A stretch of DNA of 64,000 nt, taken from the sequence record NC_023557.1; one strand, given 5' to 3'. Below, one piece after another: positions 45,975-55,618 of the stretch (positions are counted from its first letter, which is position 1; every line of letters begins with the position of its first letter). Below the pieces are notes generated by a model, which was given only the letters and a program-made list of their open reading frames with translations, did no database searches and was not told the origin of the DNA. Made by a program: the position numbers and the translations under genes.

Positions 45975-47495
45975 ATGGACAAGTTACCAAGTACCGCACT
46001 GCCAAAGGTGTCAATGGTTTTATACACCGATGGCGGTTGTCGTCAAAACATCGGAGGCTGGGGAATACATGGTTATTCCTGGTTGGTTGAAGACGATGAC
46101 AAAAAGAAAAAGAAAAAGCCGGCGCGTGACGTCCCGTCAACGACTGGCTACATTGTAAAAGACGATCCGAAACTCGACAGTCGTGAAGTGGTCAGGCCCC
46201 ACGAAGTGATTGAAGGGTTTGGTGGGATTTTACCTAACACCACGAATAACGTTGCGGAACTCACAGCAACTATTAATGGTATTGACTTAGCACTACAGCA
46301 GAACACAGAAAAGCTCCTCGTCATCTCCGATTCCAAATATGTCGGCGACAATGCAAAGAACCAATTGCATCGTTGGATGAAAGCCGGCTGGAAGAAAGCG
46401 GATGGCGGGGATGTTGCCAACAAAGAGCTGTGGGAAACCCTCAGCAGTAAACTTGATGAGCTGAAATACCGCGGCATCTCGTTTGACATCGAATGGCTGA
46501 AAGGGCATGCGGGTCACCGTGGAAATCAGTTCGCTGACTACATGGCAACCCGTGGTGTCTTTAAAGGCCGTGTTGGTGACGCTACCCCGTATTATCAGAT
46601 CCAGGATGCCGGTGAGTACGATAAGTACAAAACTGAACGTCCGCGCTTTGTCACGCACTCGCGCTGGTACTTCACGTTACAGACTGAAAAGTTGATGAAC
46701 AAGAACGAACAGGGTTTGTACGAGTATTGCTTTGGCCACCCAAGTAAAGGGGATGCTGATCAGCAGTACTTAGGCAAAGCGTTAGCCGACACCGCCTTTA
46801 GTGTGGTGTGGTTGAAAGCACCTGAAGAGTGTTTGGATCTGGTTTATTCACGCACCAAAGAGATCGCTACCGACGTTTACGGTAACGCCTTCATTGGTCG
46901 CCTGGATAACATTTACAACTCATTCATTCACAAAGAGATCATGGACTACGGCGGGTCGTTATTGCAACGTGCGAATAAGTACAACAATGACATCACCAAC
47001 TGTACCGATGCTCAAGTGGTGCGTGAGTGTAACCCGCCAGGTATCTCTTACCGGGCACTGTCGAATTTAGGACAGCTTAGTAAGATCCTGAATGAATTTG
47101 TCAGCGACAGTTTACCTGCGACAACCAGGGTGGTAGAGATTACTGACAAAATCTACCAGACCGTGAAAGGTAAGAAAGAAGATAAGCTGGCATTGCTCGG
47201 TTCGATTCGTCAAACCGACAAAGCGCTCAAGTTCGATGTACCGTGTGATGTACTCGACAAAGCGATCTCCGTCGAAGTTACAGCCACGCTTGGATTGACC
47301 TTACCCAACCGTAATACGTTAAACGGTCTTACGGAACTCAATCCAAAGGTATACCTGTTCTTGACAAAAGAGTCCGACATTGCATTTCGCTACGGATCGA
47401 TTGTGGTATGCGATGAAGGGTATTGCATCATGGCCAACGTATACGCTGACCTGCGTACGCTGTCAAAAAAGGATCTGGAGCGTTGCGGGCAGTAA
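45975..47495 (+). CDS. rnhA: ribonuclease HI, phiKZ-type with C-terminal extension
   Basis: LYTDGG, TNNVAEL, ISDSKY, VANKELW, WLKGHAGHRGNQFADYMA. Confidence 0.92.
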   Translation: MDKLPSTALPKVSMVLYTDGGCRQNIGGWGIHGYSWLVEDDDKKKKKKPARDVPSTTGYIVKDDPKLDSREVVRPHEVIEGFGGILPNTTNNVAELTATINGIDLALQQNTEKLLVISDSKYVGDNAKNQLHRWMKAGWKKADGGDVANKELWETLSSKLDELKYRGISFDIEWLKGHAGHRGNQFADYMATRGVFKGRVGDATPYYQIQDAGEYDKYKTERPRFVTHSRWYFTLQTEKLMNKNEQGLYEYCFGHPSKGDADQQYLGKALADTAFSVVWLKAPEECLDLVYSRTKEIATDVYGNAFIGRLDNIYNSFIHKEIMDYGGSLLQRANKYNNDITNCTDAQVVRECNPPGISYRALSNLGQLSKILNEFVSDSLPATTRVVEITDKIYQTVKGKKEDKLALLGSIRQTDKALKFDVPCDVLDKAISVEVTATLGLTLPNRNTLNGLTELNPKVYLFLTKESDIAFRYGSIVVCDEGYCIMANVYADLRTLSKKDLERCGQ

Positions 47496-47505
47496 AGGGT
47501 GACTT

Positions 47506-47862
47506 GTGACCACGTTATTCGCCGGTGCACCAACCAAGCTTCCGATGATGGACCTGTCTGCGATCATTGATCCAGATAAGGATATCGAGTCTCGGCTTAA
47601 ACGGAAACTGTTATTAACTTTCGTTTGTCATTGTCGACGTCCTCGTGCGAGTGCAGATGAGCTTAACCGCACACATGCACTATGCGAGGACTCGGCAGAC
47701 GTTGAGCAGTGTCTTGATTACATCTCGCGCATGGGTCCTGAGTTCAGTGAAGCTTACGATGGTGTTGATCTTGAATGTGTGATGGATATCATCGGGCGTA
47801 CGCCTGAATGGCTCCGTTACGGATCTGCTATTGAAATGTGGACAGACCTCAAGCAGTTGTAG
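47506..47862 (+). CDS. hypothetical protein
   Basis: GTG start after AGGGT. Confidence 0.65.
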   Translation: MTTLFAGAPTKLPMMDLSAIIDPDKDIESRLKRKLLLTFVCHCRRPRASADELNRTHALCEDSADVEQCLDYISRMGPEFSEAYDGVDLECVMDIIGRTPEWLRYGSAIEMWTDLKQL

Positions 47863-47901
47863 GGCATAAGAGGAGGGCTCACGCCCTCCTCTACTTTATG
47901 C
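47863..47901. terminator. bidirectional hairpin with TTATGC tails
   Basis: GGCATAA-GAGGAGGGC..GCCCTCCTC-TACTTTATGC. Confidence 0.75.
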
Positions 47902-47912
47902 TGCTTTTTTTT

Positions 47913-48710
47913 TTATTTGACTTCTTTTGCCAACTTCACTGCAGTGTTGTTCAGTGCCGTTCCTGTTGAAATGAACAGGGTATGACAAACACTATAGAGA
48001 TCAGCCGCACGGGCCGTAGACAGCAGCGTCTTCGCCAGGTTGTCGATATCGGCCTTGCTGAGTACCAGTTCACCAGACTCAATCTGACTGAAGACCAGAT
48101 CAGACAGTTCCGCCACGCGTTTCACCGCCAGGTTGAAATTGTAGATCTGCCCACGCTTTAACATCGCCACGAGCTTATTAAAGTCAGTGTAGACGTTGGT
48201 GAATTCCGTCAGGTTTGGGAAGCGGGCGGCGAAGCTGATATCAGTGACATCTTTTCCACCCAGCGACTTACCCAACATTGCTTCCACTTTACCCAGGATG
48301 GCCTTGTCCACGTTCGGGGCGTAGGCCACACTGGCATTACCCGCAGAGACACCCGCGAGCCAGGAGTGCAACTTACTGATATGGGTCGACTCCAGCATGG
48401 TACAGAAAGCCCGGGCGGTTGCCAGGTTCTCAACCCATTCCTGATAGCTGACATTCAGACGCGCCGGTTGATAGATCATGCGATCCATGAAGTCGGTGTA
48501 GTTGTGCGATGCCAGCGCTTTGGATAACGGGCTGAGGTCAGCGGTGATCAGATCCTGTGCAGTGCCGTACGCACGATCACTGAAGAACTTCTTAATACCA
48601 TCAAAGAAGTTGCGGATGGGGGCAATAATGTTTAATGCTTCGAGGCCGGCACCGGTTGACTCACGCAGTTCCTGGTAGTCGGCTTCGAGGTTTTCAATGT
48701 TGTACGACAT
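47913..48710 (-). CDS. probable virion head protein
   Basis: GGAG RBS; N-terminal AGLE processing site; core-block position. Confidence 0.6.
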   Translation of the reverse strand: MSYNIENLEADYQELRESTGAGLEALNIIAPIRNFFDGIKKFFSDRAYGTAQDLITADLSPLSKALASHNYTDFMDRMIYQPARLNVSYQEWVENLATARAFCTMLESTHISKLHSWLAGVSAGNASVAYAPNVDKAILGKVEAMLGKSLGGKDVTDISFAARFPNLTEFTNVYTDFNKLVAMLKRGQIYNFNLAVKRVAELSDLVFSQIESGELVLSKADIDNLAKTLLSTARAADLYSVCHTLFISTGTALNNTAVKLAKEVK

Positions 48711-48791
48711 ATGTACTCCGTGAGATAAAAGTAATCTGTTACATAAGATGACTTATTATGAAGGTATTATTAATTAAAAGGACCGCACACA

Positions 48792-50177
48792 ATGTTGTCA
48801 TTCGGTGAATTTGTTGAGAAGTCACGCCCTATTCGACCTTTCTTGAATATCGGCGCGGGCTTTGATATCCCAACCGGTAGCTATCGTTTCGGTAAGCACG
48901 GTGAATCTATTCTTAATGGTGGTCTGGCGCCATTCATTGCGATTGTTGGTAAAGGCAACACCTTTAAAACAGCGATCGGTTGTTTCATGATGACCCGCGT
49001 GCTGGAGCGCTACAATAACTCTAACGGCCTGCACTACGATACCGAGTGTACGTTCAGTGCTGATCGTCTTACCAGTCTTACCAGTCGTCTGGGTCCGAAT
49101 GCTGCTGCAGAGTGGCTGGCCAACGAACGTATCTACCTGACTGATGACTCCATCATTAAAGGTAACCAGTGGTTTAAGAAGTCGGTGCAGGAATACTCCG
49201 AAGCGAAGAAGAAAGCCAAAATGGGTACGCTGCCGTTTGTGGATAAAGATGGGAACCTGATTCCTTATCCATACCCGACAGTCAACTTTGGCGATTCCAT
49301 GTCTGAGATGAAATTCGACGATCTGGAAAAGAACTACGCCAAGATGGAAATCGGCCAGGGTGAAATGCAAACGGAAGCCATGCGTGTGTCGAATGCCAAA
49401 CGCATGTTAATCGAAAAGACCCAGGGTTACGCCAACGCCGGCGGCATGTATGTCATCATGACAGCGCACTTAGGTAAAGAGCTGAACATGGACGGCAAAC
49501 CACAAGAGAAGAAAACCACCTTTATGAAACAAGGTGACAAAATCTCTAAGGTGCCTTCACAGATCCTCTCTCTGCCAAACAACGCCTGGGAGATCTCTAC
49601 CGGTACGGTGTTGATCGATAAGAACACCAAAGAGTGGATGTACCCGAAACAGGGTCGCAATGACGTGGATACCAATGGTAACCCGGACATGATCACTCTG
49701 GTGGCGAAGAACCTGCGCGGGAAGAATGGTCCGTCTGGTGTGCCGTGGGAATTCGTGATGTCACAGTCTGAAGGCCTGCTGCCGTCCCTGACTGAGTTCC
49801 ACTACATTAAGAACAACGGCCGTTATGGCCTGGGTGGCAATGACCGTAATTATTATGTTGAATTGTGCCCAGATATCAAGCTGCAGCGCACCACCGTGCG
49901 TGATCGCATCGACGACAACCCTGAGTTACGTCGGGCATTAGAGATCACCATGGAGATGTGTCAGATGCGTTTCCTGTGGCACACCCGCGATCCAAAGTAC
50001 AACATGACTCCTCAGGAACTGCGCGAAGGCCTGGAGAAGAAAGGGTACAAATGGGATCAGCTGCTCAACACCCGTGGGTTCTGGACGTTTGAAGAAGACA
50101 ACCATCCATTACCATTCTTAAGCACAATGGATCTACTCCGCATGTATCATGATGAGTATCGCCCATACTGGCTGTAA
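48792..50177 (+). CDS. uvsX: UvsX/RecA-like recombinase, phiKZ gp152-type
   Basis: DIPTG, GKGNTFKT, YDTE, DSMSE, KNLRGKNGPSG. Confidence 0.8.
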   Translation: MLSFGEFVEKSRPIRPFLNIGAGFDIPTGSYRFGKHGESILNGGLAPFIAIVGKGNTFKTAIGCFMMTRVLERYNNSNGLHYDTECTFSADRLTSLTSRLGPNAAAEWLANERIYLTDDSIIKGNQWFKKSVQEYSEAKKKAKMGTLPFVDKDGNLIPYPYPTVNFGDSMSEMKFDDLEKNYAKMEIGQGEMQTEAMRVSNAKRMLIEKTQGYANAGGMYVIMTAHLGKELNMDGKPQEKKTTFMKQGDKISKVPSQILSLPNNAWEISTGTVLIDKNTKEWMYPKQGRNDVDTNGNPDMITLVAKNLRGKNGPSGVPWEFVMSQSEGLLPSLTEFHYIKNNGRYGLGGNDRNYYVELCPDIKLQRTTVRDRIDDNPELRRALEITMEMCQMRFLWHTRDPKYNMTPQELREGLEKKGYKWDQLLNTRGFWTFEEDNHPLPFLSTMDLLRMYHDEYRPYWL

Positions 50178-50257
50178 GTGTACCCACTGTGGGAGAGGGA
50201 TAACCCTCTCCTTCTTATACCGTCAGTAGAGGGAAATAAGCTAATAGGAAGCAGTAT

Positions 50258-50677
50258 ATGCTTAACAAAGAAATACGCATTGTCGTTGCGTCGACTAAAG
50301 GTTTCAACGACGCAGAGCGTTTAAAACTGACTATTGACGGCCTCCTGGAAGATATCTACTACCTCAACGAAGGGGTGGGCGATGAGGACGAGGAGTTGAT
50401 CACTGATGCCAAGATCGTTTTCATCACCAATGGCGAACACAAAACAGCGGCTGAGTTGCTGCCTGGTGTGTTGGGTGATCGGAACATCGACATCGAAGTG
50501 ATCAAGGTTGATTGGTCAAAAGGTAAGAAAGCGTTTTTTGATAACTGCGCTGTATTGGGTGCGAAGTCGACCCACGGCGTCATTTTTACGGACAGCAAAG
50601 ATGACGGGATGCAGACACTGCTGAAAGCATGTCTCGATGCCGGCTCACGCGTTCGTACTTATAGCTCTGCTATTTGA
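50258..50677 (+). CDS. degenerate DUF2493/YspA-like SLOG protein
   Basis: RIVVA..GFND.E.L...D, VDW..GK.A...N, GVIF.D..D.G; lacks GxAxGAD and AGxIRN. Confidence 0.55.
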   Translation: MLNKEIRIVVASTKGFNDAERLKLTIDGLLEDIYYLNEGVGDEDEELITDAKIVFITNGEHKTAAELLPGVLGDRNIDIEVIKVDWSKGKKAFFDNCAVLGAKSTHGVIFTDSKDDGMQTLLKACLDAGSRVRTYSSAI

Positions 50678-50690
50678 GAAAGGTAACCCC

Positions 50691-51137
50691 ATGATAGCCT
50701 CAGAAGCTCACGTTAGTATACTTGACGTTAATGTCACCCACGTTATATGCACAGTTAATTGCGAAGGGCATATGGGTCGTGGCATAGCCTTGTATCTGCG
50801 TAAGTGTATTCCGGGGCTATATGAGCGGTATAAACACCTGTGCAGTTTAGGGATCATCACGGTAGACAAACTCTGGATCTACCCATCACACCCCCGTCAG
50901 ATTCTCTGCTTTCCAACCAAAGATAAAACCTGGGAAGACAGCAAGCTTGAATGGATCGAAGCCAATCTCATAAAGCTTCGTGACAACTACAAAACAAAAG
51001 GCATTGTCTCTGTGGCGATGCCTCCTCTTGGATGTGGAAACGGTAACCTAAAGTGGGATGAGGTGCGGAGCCTCATTTATGCCATCTTGGGTGATTGTGA
51101 CCTTGAAGTCCACATCTGTTTAGGTAAACCGAAGTGA
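50691..51137 (+). CDS. DarG/TARG1-like macrodomain ADP-ribosyl hydrolase
   Basis: VNCEGHMGRGIAL, FPTK, SVAMPPLGCGNGNLKW. Confidence 0.88.
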   Translation: MIASEAHVSILDVNVTHVICTVNCEGHMGRGIALYLRKCIPGLYERYKHLCSLGIITVDKLWIYPSHPRQILCFPTKDKTWEDSKLEWIEANLIKLRDNYKTKGIVSVAMPPLGCGNGNLKWDEVRSLIYAILGDCDLEVHICLGKPK

Positions 51138-51166
51138 GGGAAACACCCTGAATAGGAGCCAGTATT

Positions 51167-52048
51167 ATGTCTGATAACGCACACGTTTTACCCGATCCCC
51201 GCGAAGATGGCAAGACGCACATCAACGTCTATAGCCGCGGCGCTACGTGGTTAGGACAGCAGCTTTCTAATATGTCCTACTACGACTTCGCACATCCACG
51301 CTACGGCGTGTTCGCCTCGTTGGAGGGCTTCTGGTATTGGTTGTCTACGGGCAAGCAACACGAGGAGTTACGGAAGCTTGCCGGTGTCAAAGCAAAAATG
51401 ACTGGCCGGGAGTTCGAGACGATCCCAGATGACAACTTTGAAGAAGAGTTCAAAGAAGCCATGCGCCTGCGTCTGGAGCAACACCCGATCATCGCCAACG
51501 CTCTGGCCGAATCCTTACTGCCGTTAAAGCACTATTATTGTTACGGTGGGAAAGTGGTCGACCTGTATGACCGTCACAAATGGCAGATGGACTTCTACGA
51601 GGAGTGGCGTAAAGCCAATGCCCCGGAAGACACCACCTTGGTGCTGTTGATCTCTGGTTCACGTAAAGAGAAAGACTACGACGCCTTTAAGCACATCGTG
51701 ATGACCTACCTGCAACCGTATATCGACAAGGTAAAGGACACGTACAAGATCACCCTGCTCTCGGGGCTTGCCTGGGAAGGTCCTGATGACATGGCAATTC
51801 GTCTGTGTCGGGAAGAAGGCTTCATGTTGATTGGTCTGCCGGCTAAGTGGAAAGAGCAAGGCAAAGCTGCGGGCATGATCCGCAATGGTGCCATGGGGCG
51901 GTTGTGTAACAAGGCTCTGGTGTTCTGGGACGGTGAATCACCGGGGACAAAAGGGATGATTGATTACCTGAAGAAAAATACTATAGACCATCTTGTGTAT
52001 TTACACGGTAAACATGAACCTGACTGGAAAGCCCCGGAGACATCATGA
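51167..52048 (+). CDS. NADAR (T4 gp30.3-like) domain fused to DUF2493/YspA SLOG domain
   Basis: LSN..F.H..YG.F.SLEGFW (NADAR); ISGSR..DY, SGLA.GPD, AKW..GKAAGMIRN, FWDGESPGTKGMI (SLOG). Confidence 0.75.
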   Translation: MSDNAHVLPDPREDGKTHINVYSRGATWLGQQLSNMSYYDFAHPRYGVFASLEGFWYWLSTGKQHEELRKLAGVKAKMTGREFETIPDDNFEEEFKEAMRLRLEQHPIIANALAESLLPLKHYYCYGGKVVDLYDRHKWQMDFYEEWRKANAPEDTTLVLLISGSRKEKDYDAFKHIVMTYLQPYIDKVKDTYKITLLSGLAWEGPDDMAIRLCREEGFMLIGLPAKWKEQGKAAGMIRNGAMGRLCNKALVFWDGESPGTKGMIDYLKKNTIDHLVYLHGKHEPDWKAPETS

Positions 52049-52719
52049 CCCCAGCACGCGAACAGACCCAGCAATTTGTGATCGAGGCTATTGCTGAGAT
52101 TCTCCCCGGTTCTAAGAACCGGGATATCTATATTGACTTCTTCTCGCGGTTGAGCGATGAGGCGTTTGATGCCCTGATGCAGCGGATGGATGAAGACCAG
52201 GAGATCTTCCCCTTCTACCATCCGAACTTTACCGGCACGGTAATTGATGTTGAACGTGTGATCAACTTAATTGAAAAGCACGGCGACACCATCATGGAGC
52301 AGCTCTGGGATATCGACCCAGAAACCGGGCTGCAGTACCTGACTCCACTGAAGTATCCGGTGCTGTTACTTCCGCTGCGTATTCAGCAGCAGAAGCTGCA
52401 GAAGAAGATGTCGATTCCCAAAGACAACAACCACATTGACGATCTGACTAACCAACCCACCACCGAATCCAAAGGGGCTTCCTTGTCTTACCCGGAAGTG
52501 CAGATCATCTATGCCATGGGTGGCGACAAGATCCTGGAAGAGACCATGAAGGTCCGTGGTGGTGATGAGAAGGCGTTTCGTGATTACAATAACGAAATCA
52601 TTGCAAGCGGCGGTGTCACCATTGGCGCAATCAGCAGTAGCAAGACCAAGGTGAAGTCCACCAAAACCGTGCAAGTGATTCTTGAGGCCATGCACCTGAG
52701 CAACAACCTGGCCAGTTAA
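52045..52719 (+). CDS. virion RNA polymerase beta subunit, C-terminal part (phiKZ gp149-like)
   Basis: LRIQQQKLQKK..DDLTNQPT.ESKGASLSYPEVQ..LEE.MKVRGGD parallels the RpoB C-terminus. Confidence 0.8.
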   Translation: MTPAREQTQQFVIEAIAEILPGSKNRDIYIDFFSRLSDEAFDALMQRMDEDQEIFPFYHPNFTGTVIDVERVINLIEKHGDTIMEQLWDIDPETGLQYLTPLKYPVLLLPLRIQQQKLQKKMSIPKDNNHIDDLTNQPTTESKGASLSYPEVQIIYAMGGDKILEETMKVRGGDEKAFRDYNNEIIASGGVTIGAISSSKTKVKSTKTVQVILEAMHLSNNLAS

Positions 52720-52728
52720 GGATGCAAC

Positions 52729-53289
52729 ATGAGTAGCTTGATAAACAACCTGACCGGTAAAAACAAAGCCGAGTTTAACCCGATTGATCTTGACAGTGAA
52801 GTCGAGCGGGTTGTCTCTGAGTATGTCGGTACATACTTACGTAACCGTATCTTTCTGGCGGCGCAATCGAAGACGTCGGTGAATGACGATCCGGGGTATC
52901 TGCAGATTGTAAACTTCTTGGCGTTGGTGAACATGGAGTTCAACCATATGCGCATGTGGTCTACATCCGACATGACCAATACCGTCTGGCCACAGATCGT
53001 TGAAGATGAGTATGTGTTGCGCTTTGTGTTTAAAGGCACCACCCATGTCAGCGTGCGGTGCTTTGATGGCGATGTGCCCTTTCAGAAACTGGTCGACCAT
53101 GTGGCCGGTTCCCTGAGTTGCATGTCGCACGGTGGAAATGAAATCATCGCTGCGGCGTTAACCCAGGTCCTGCCACGCAATGACGAACTGGTTGAGCTCT
53201 TTACCGGTAACCAGTGGTCGTTGTTCATTTATTACCTGACGCGCATTAACATCATTGAGATTGTGACCAATTCGGGAGGTAGTGTATAA
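52729..53289 (+). CDS. conserved phiKZ-like hypothetical protein
   Basis: AAGGA RBS, operon with RNAP subunit. Confidence 0.7.
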   Translation: MSSLINNLTGKNKAEFNPIDLDSEVERVVSEYVGTYLRNRIFLAAQSKTSVNDDPGYLQIVNFLALVNMEFNHMRMWSTSDMTNTVWPQIVEDEYVLRFVFKGTTHVSVRCFDGDVPFQKLVDHVAGSLSCMSHGGNEIIAAALTQVLPRNDELVELFTGNQWSLFIYYLTRINIIEIVTNSGGSV

Positions 53290-54017
53290 TGGTGGGTGGA
53301 GATCGTATTGGGTGTTACGTCCCCCTGGATGCTTTGTTGGATACCCGCATCGGGGTCATTGACCAAGTGGCCGGGGAAGTAGGACTGGGGTTGGTTGAGT
53401 CGTGGTACCATACTCGTACAGCTGATCGCTTTGACCGAAAGGGTACCGCGTTAACGCAGGCGGCATATAAGGCAGCCTGGGCCGCCCGCAGTGAAGAGAC
53501 CTTAAAGCGTACACGCATGACGTTTGTGCCGATGTACCTGATGAACCTGATCAGTCGCTTTAACACCTCACACGGCATGCCGATCATGGCTGCGACCTAC
53601 AACATCACGGTGAACACGTATCCGTATCGGTTATCCGATGAGCGCAAAGAGCAGCTGCAGAAGATCATCGAAACGTACACGTCGGGCATTGCTGAAATCA
53701 CCATTGATTACATCAGTCCAGCAGACCTGACTGTCGAGTACGTGAAGGCGAACTACTCCGTGTGCATCATGTATGAGTTTGATGAGTGGTTGATGCTGCA
53801 TAAAGACGAGTTCAGCCAGACCCAGATGCCCGGGACCGTAATCCTGGCACCTAAGTTGTATCTGGCGGATGTCGGGGAGGATGTGATTAAGCGGGCAGAG
53901 CAGACCGATGGCTTTGCAGGTCTGAGCCTGGCACTCTGTGCATTGGTGACAGTGGTGTTCCTGGATGTAAGGTTGTTCTCTTATGTCACAGACACACCAC
54001 CGAATCTGGATGAGTGA
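53289..54017 (+). CDS. conserved phiKZ-like hypothetical protein
   Basis: GGAGG RBS, TAATG coupling. Confidence 0.7.
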   Translation: MVGGDRIGCYVPLDALLDTRIGVIDQVAGEVGLGLVESWYHTRTADRFDRKGTALTQAAYKAAWAARSEETLKRTRMTFVPMYLMNLISRFNTSHGMPIMAATYNITVNTYPYRLSDERKEQLQKIIETYTSGIAEITIDYISPADLTVEYVKANYSVCIMYEFDEWLMLHKDEFSQTQMPGTVILAPKLYLADVGEDVIKRAEQTDGFAGLSLALCALVTVVFLDVRLFSYVTDTPPNLDE

Positions 54018-54476
54018 TTACTTCTTTTCGCCGCCTGGGTTCATGATATCATCGTACTCGATGTGTTCACTGCCTTGACGGGTCTCGCCTGCTTTGAACT
54101 CCGGTACCGGTAATTGACTGGCATCCGGGGTTGGAGCAGGGACGGCGGCAATCGAGGTATCTGCCCCTTCACCACGCAGGGCAAAACCACCGGCAGCCAA
54201 CACTTGCTTAACTGCACCGATGATAACAGCACCTTGCGCTTCGTCGTTCTCTTGGGCTTTCTGCTCAAGGTCAAGACGTTGACGGTTAATGATGGATTTG
54301 TCGATATCACCCATCGCGGTCAAGGCGATCTTCAACATCTTCGGGTCTTGTCGGGAGGCCTTGATGGGAGCACCGGACTCAGAGTCCTTCTCATCAAGGA
54401 TATCTTCGACAATCCCTAACCGTCGCATTTGCATACGACGCATCAAGGCCGCATCGTCTAATTCATAATCAGCCAT
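54018..54476 (-). CDS. conserved phiKZ-like hypothetical protein
   Basis: GGAGG RBS supports start at 54476. Confidence 0.7.
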   Translation of the reverse strand: MADYELDDAALMRRMQMRRLGIVEDILDEKDSESGAPIKASRQDPKMLKIALTAMGDIDKSIINRQRLDLEQKAQENDEAQGAVIIGAVKQVLAAGGFALRGEGADTSIAAVPAPTPDASQLPVPEFKAGETRQGSEHIEYDDIMNPGGEKK

Positions 54477-54497
54477 GAGGCCTCCAGAATAATTCAC

Positions 54498-54516
54498 ACC
54501 TACATTATCTAGGTGA
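54498..54516 (+). promoter_or_regulatory. putative phage early promoter
   Basis: ACCTACATTAT-ctag-GTGA. Confidence 0.55.
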
Positions 54517-54541
54517 TCGTAGTGTATTAAAAGGAATCGTT

Positions 54542-55072
54542 ATGCGCTTTTTTAAAAAGCTTGCACTCAAACGATGCATGGCGATGTTGCGTGATGCGAA
54601 GCACGATACCTTCACCGCGCAAGAAAGCATGAACGTTCTACATGTGCTTGATACCGTGATTTCCACGGACGGCATCATAAAATATTTCGATGTTCGGGTT
54701 TCGCTCTCCATATTGATGGAAACACAACTCCCCAATGCGATGGCGATGCTGGACTTGATCACCGAAATAAACAAACACATTCAAAAGGATTTGGATGCCA
54801 CGTTACCGGATCACGGGACACTATTTGCTGAGTTTCGTGATCTGCGAGTCTTAAGCTTATATGACTGGTTATCTGATAGCGCGGGTCGAGTAGTAGATGC
54901 ACCACACTTTTACCAACTGTTCATTGATCAGTTGAACCAATTAATTACCGTTATAGTGAACTGTGAAGACCAGGCAACCCAACAGTATTATCTGCGTAGA
55001 TTGCAACCGCTCTACAACGAATTACTGGGAACAGTGTATGCGGCGTTACACTGCGGAATGCTGAGTCTCTAA
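54542..55072 (+). CDS. hypothetical protein
   Basis: AAGGA RBS. Confidence 0.7.
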   Translation: MRFFKKLALKRCMAMLRDAKHDTFTAQESMNVLHVLDTVISTDGIIKYFDVRVSLSILMETQLPNAMAMLDLITEINKHIQKDLDATLPDHGTLFAEFRDLRVLSLYDWLSDSAGRVVDAPHFYQLFIDQLNQLITVIVNCEDQATQQYYLRRLQPLYNELLGTVYAALHCGMLSL

Positions 55073-55083
55073 GGAGTTATCAG

Positions 55084-55548
55084 GTGTCTGACAAGAAAAA
55101 ACCAAGGGATCAATTGACGGAGATGTTAACCGATCCGACAAAGCGGTCACGGCAGACCGCGCATCCGTTGGTGAGGCTCTGGCGACAATTCATGGCACGG
55201 GAGCTCATCACTCCTTCCAAATGGGGTGCCTTGATTGCCGAGCACATCACTCGATTGCGACAATACAAAGAAATGGATGTCCAGGCTGTTGGTACCGAAC
55301 GGGGTAATTTAAAGAAAGCGTTTATTGAAAAGAACACCATGTCTTTTTCGGCGTTTCAACGTGGCTTACGTTTCCTGGGTTTTGCCAAGGTCACGATCAT
55401 CGTCATTGCGGAACGACCTAATGGCGAGAAGGTTGAAGAGCGTGTCGAGATTGAATTAATTAAGCGTATGTTTACAGCAGGAACACCGCCAGCCACACCG
55501 CCGACAGAGAAAGATAAACCCGATTCTGATAAACCGCCTGAGAAGTAA
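55084..55548 (+). CDS. hypothetical protein
   Basis: AAGGAG RBS, GTG start. Confidence 0.7.
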   Translation: MSDKKKPRDQLTEMLTDPTKRSRQTAHPLVRLWRQFMARELITPSKWGALIAEHITRLRQYKEMDVQAVGTERGNLKKAFIEKNTMSFSAFQRGLRFLGFAKVTIIVIAERPNGEKVEERVEIELIKRMFTAGTPPATPPTEKDKPDSDKPPEK

Positions 55549-55561
55549 AGACGATACTATA

Positions 55562-55605
55562 GAAGATGGGACTTCGGTCCCATCGCTATTCCCTTCTTTT
55601 TTTTG
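55562..55605 (+). terminator. intrinsic terminator
   Basis: GATGGGAC-ttcg-GTCCCATC then T-tract. Confidence 0.65.
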
Positions 55606-55618
55606 TTGAGGTTTGATC

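Noticed and set aside
1578-48760. Individual late promoters (TATG at 1578, 19478, 48757; minus strand at 36526, 44121, 45448, 48742)
   Set aside because: Positions upstream of late-type genes are suggestive, but a 4-mer is too frequent to call sites without transcription-start data.
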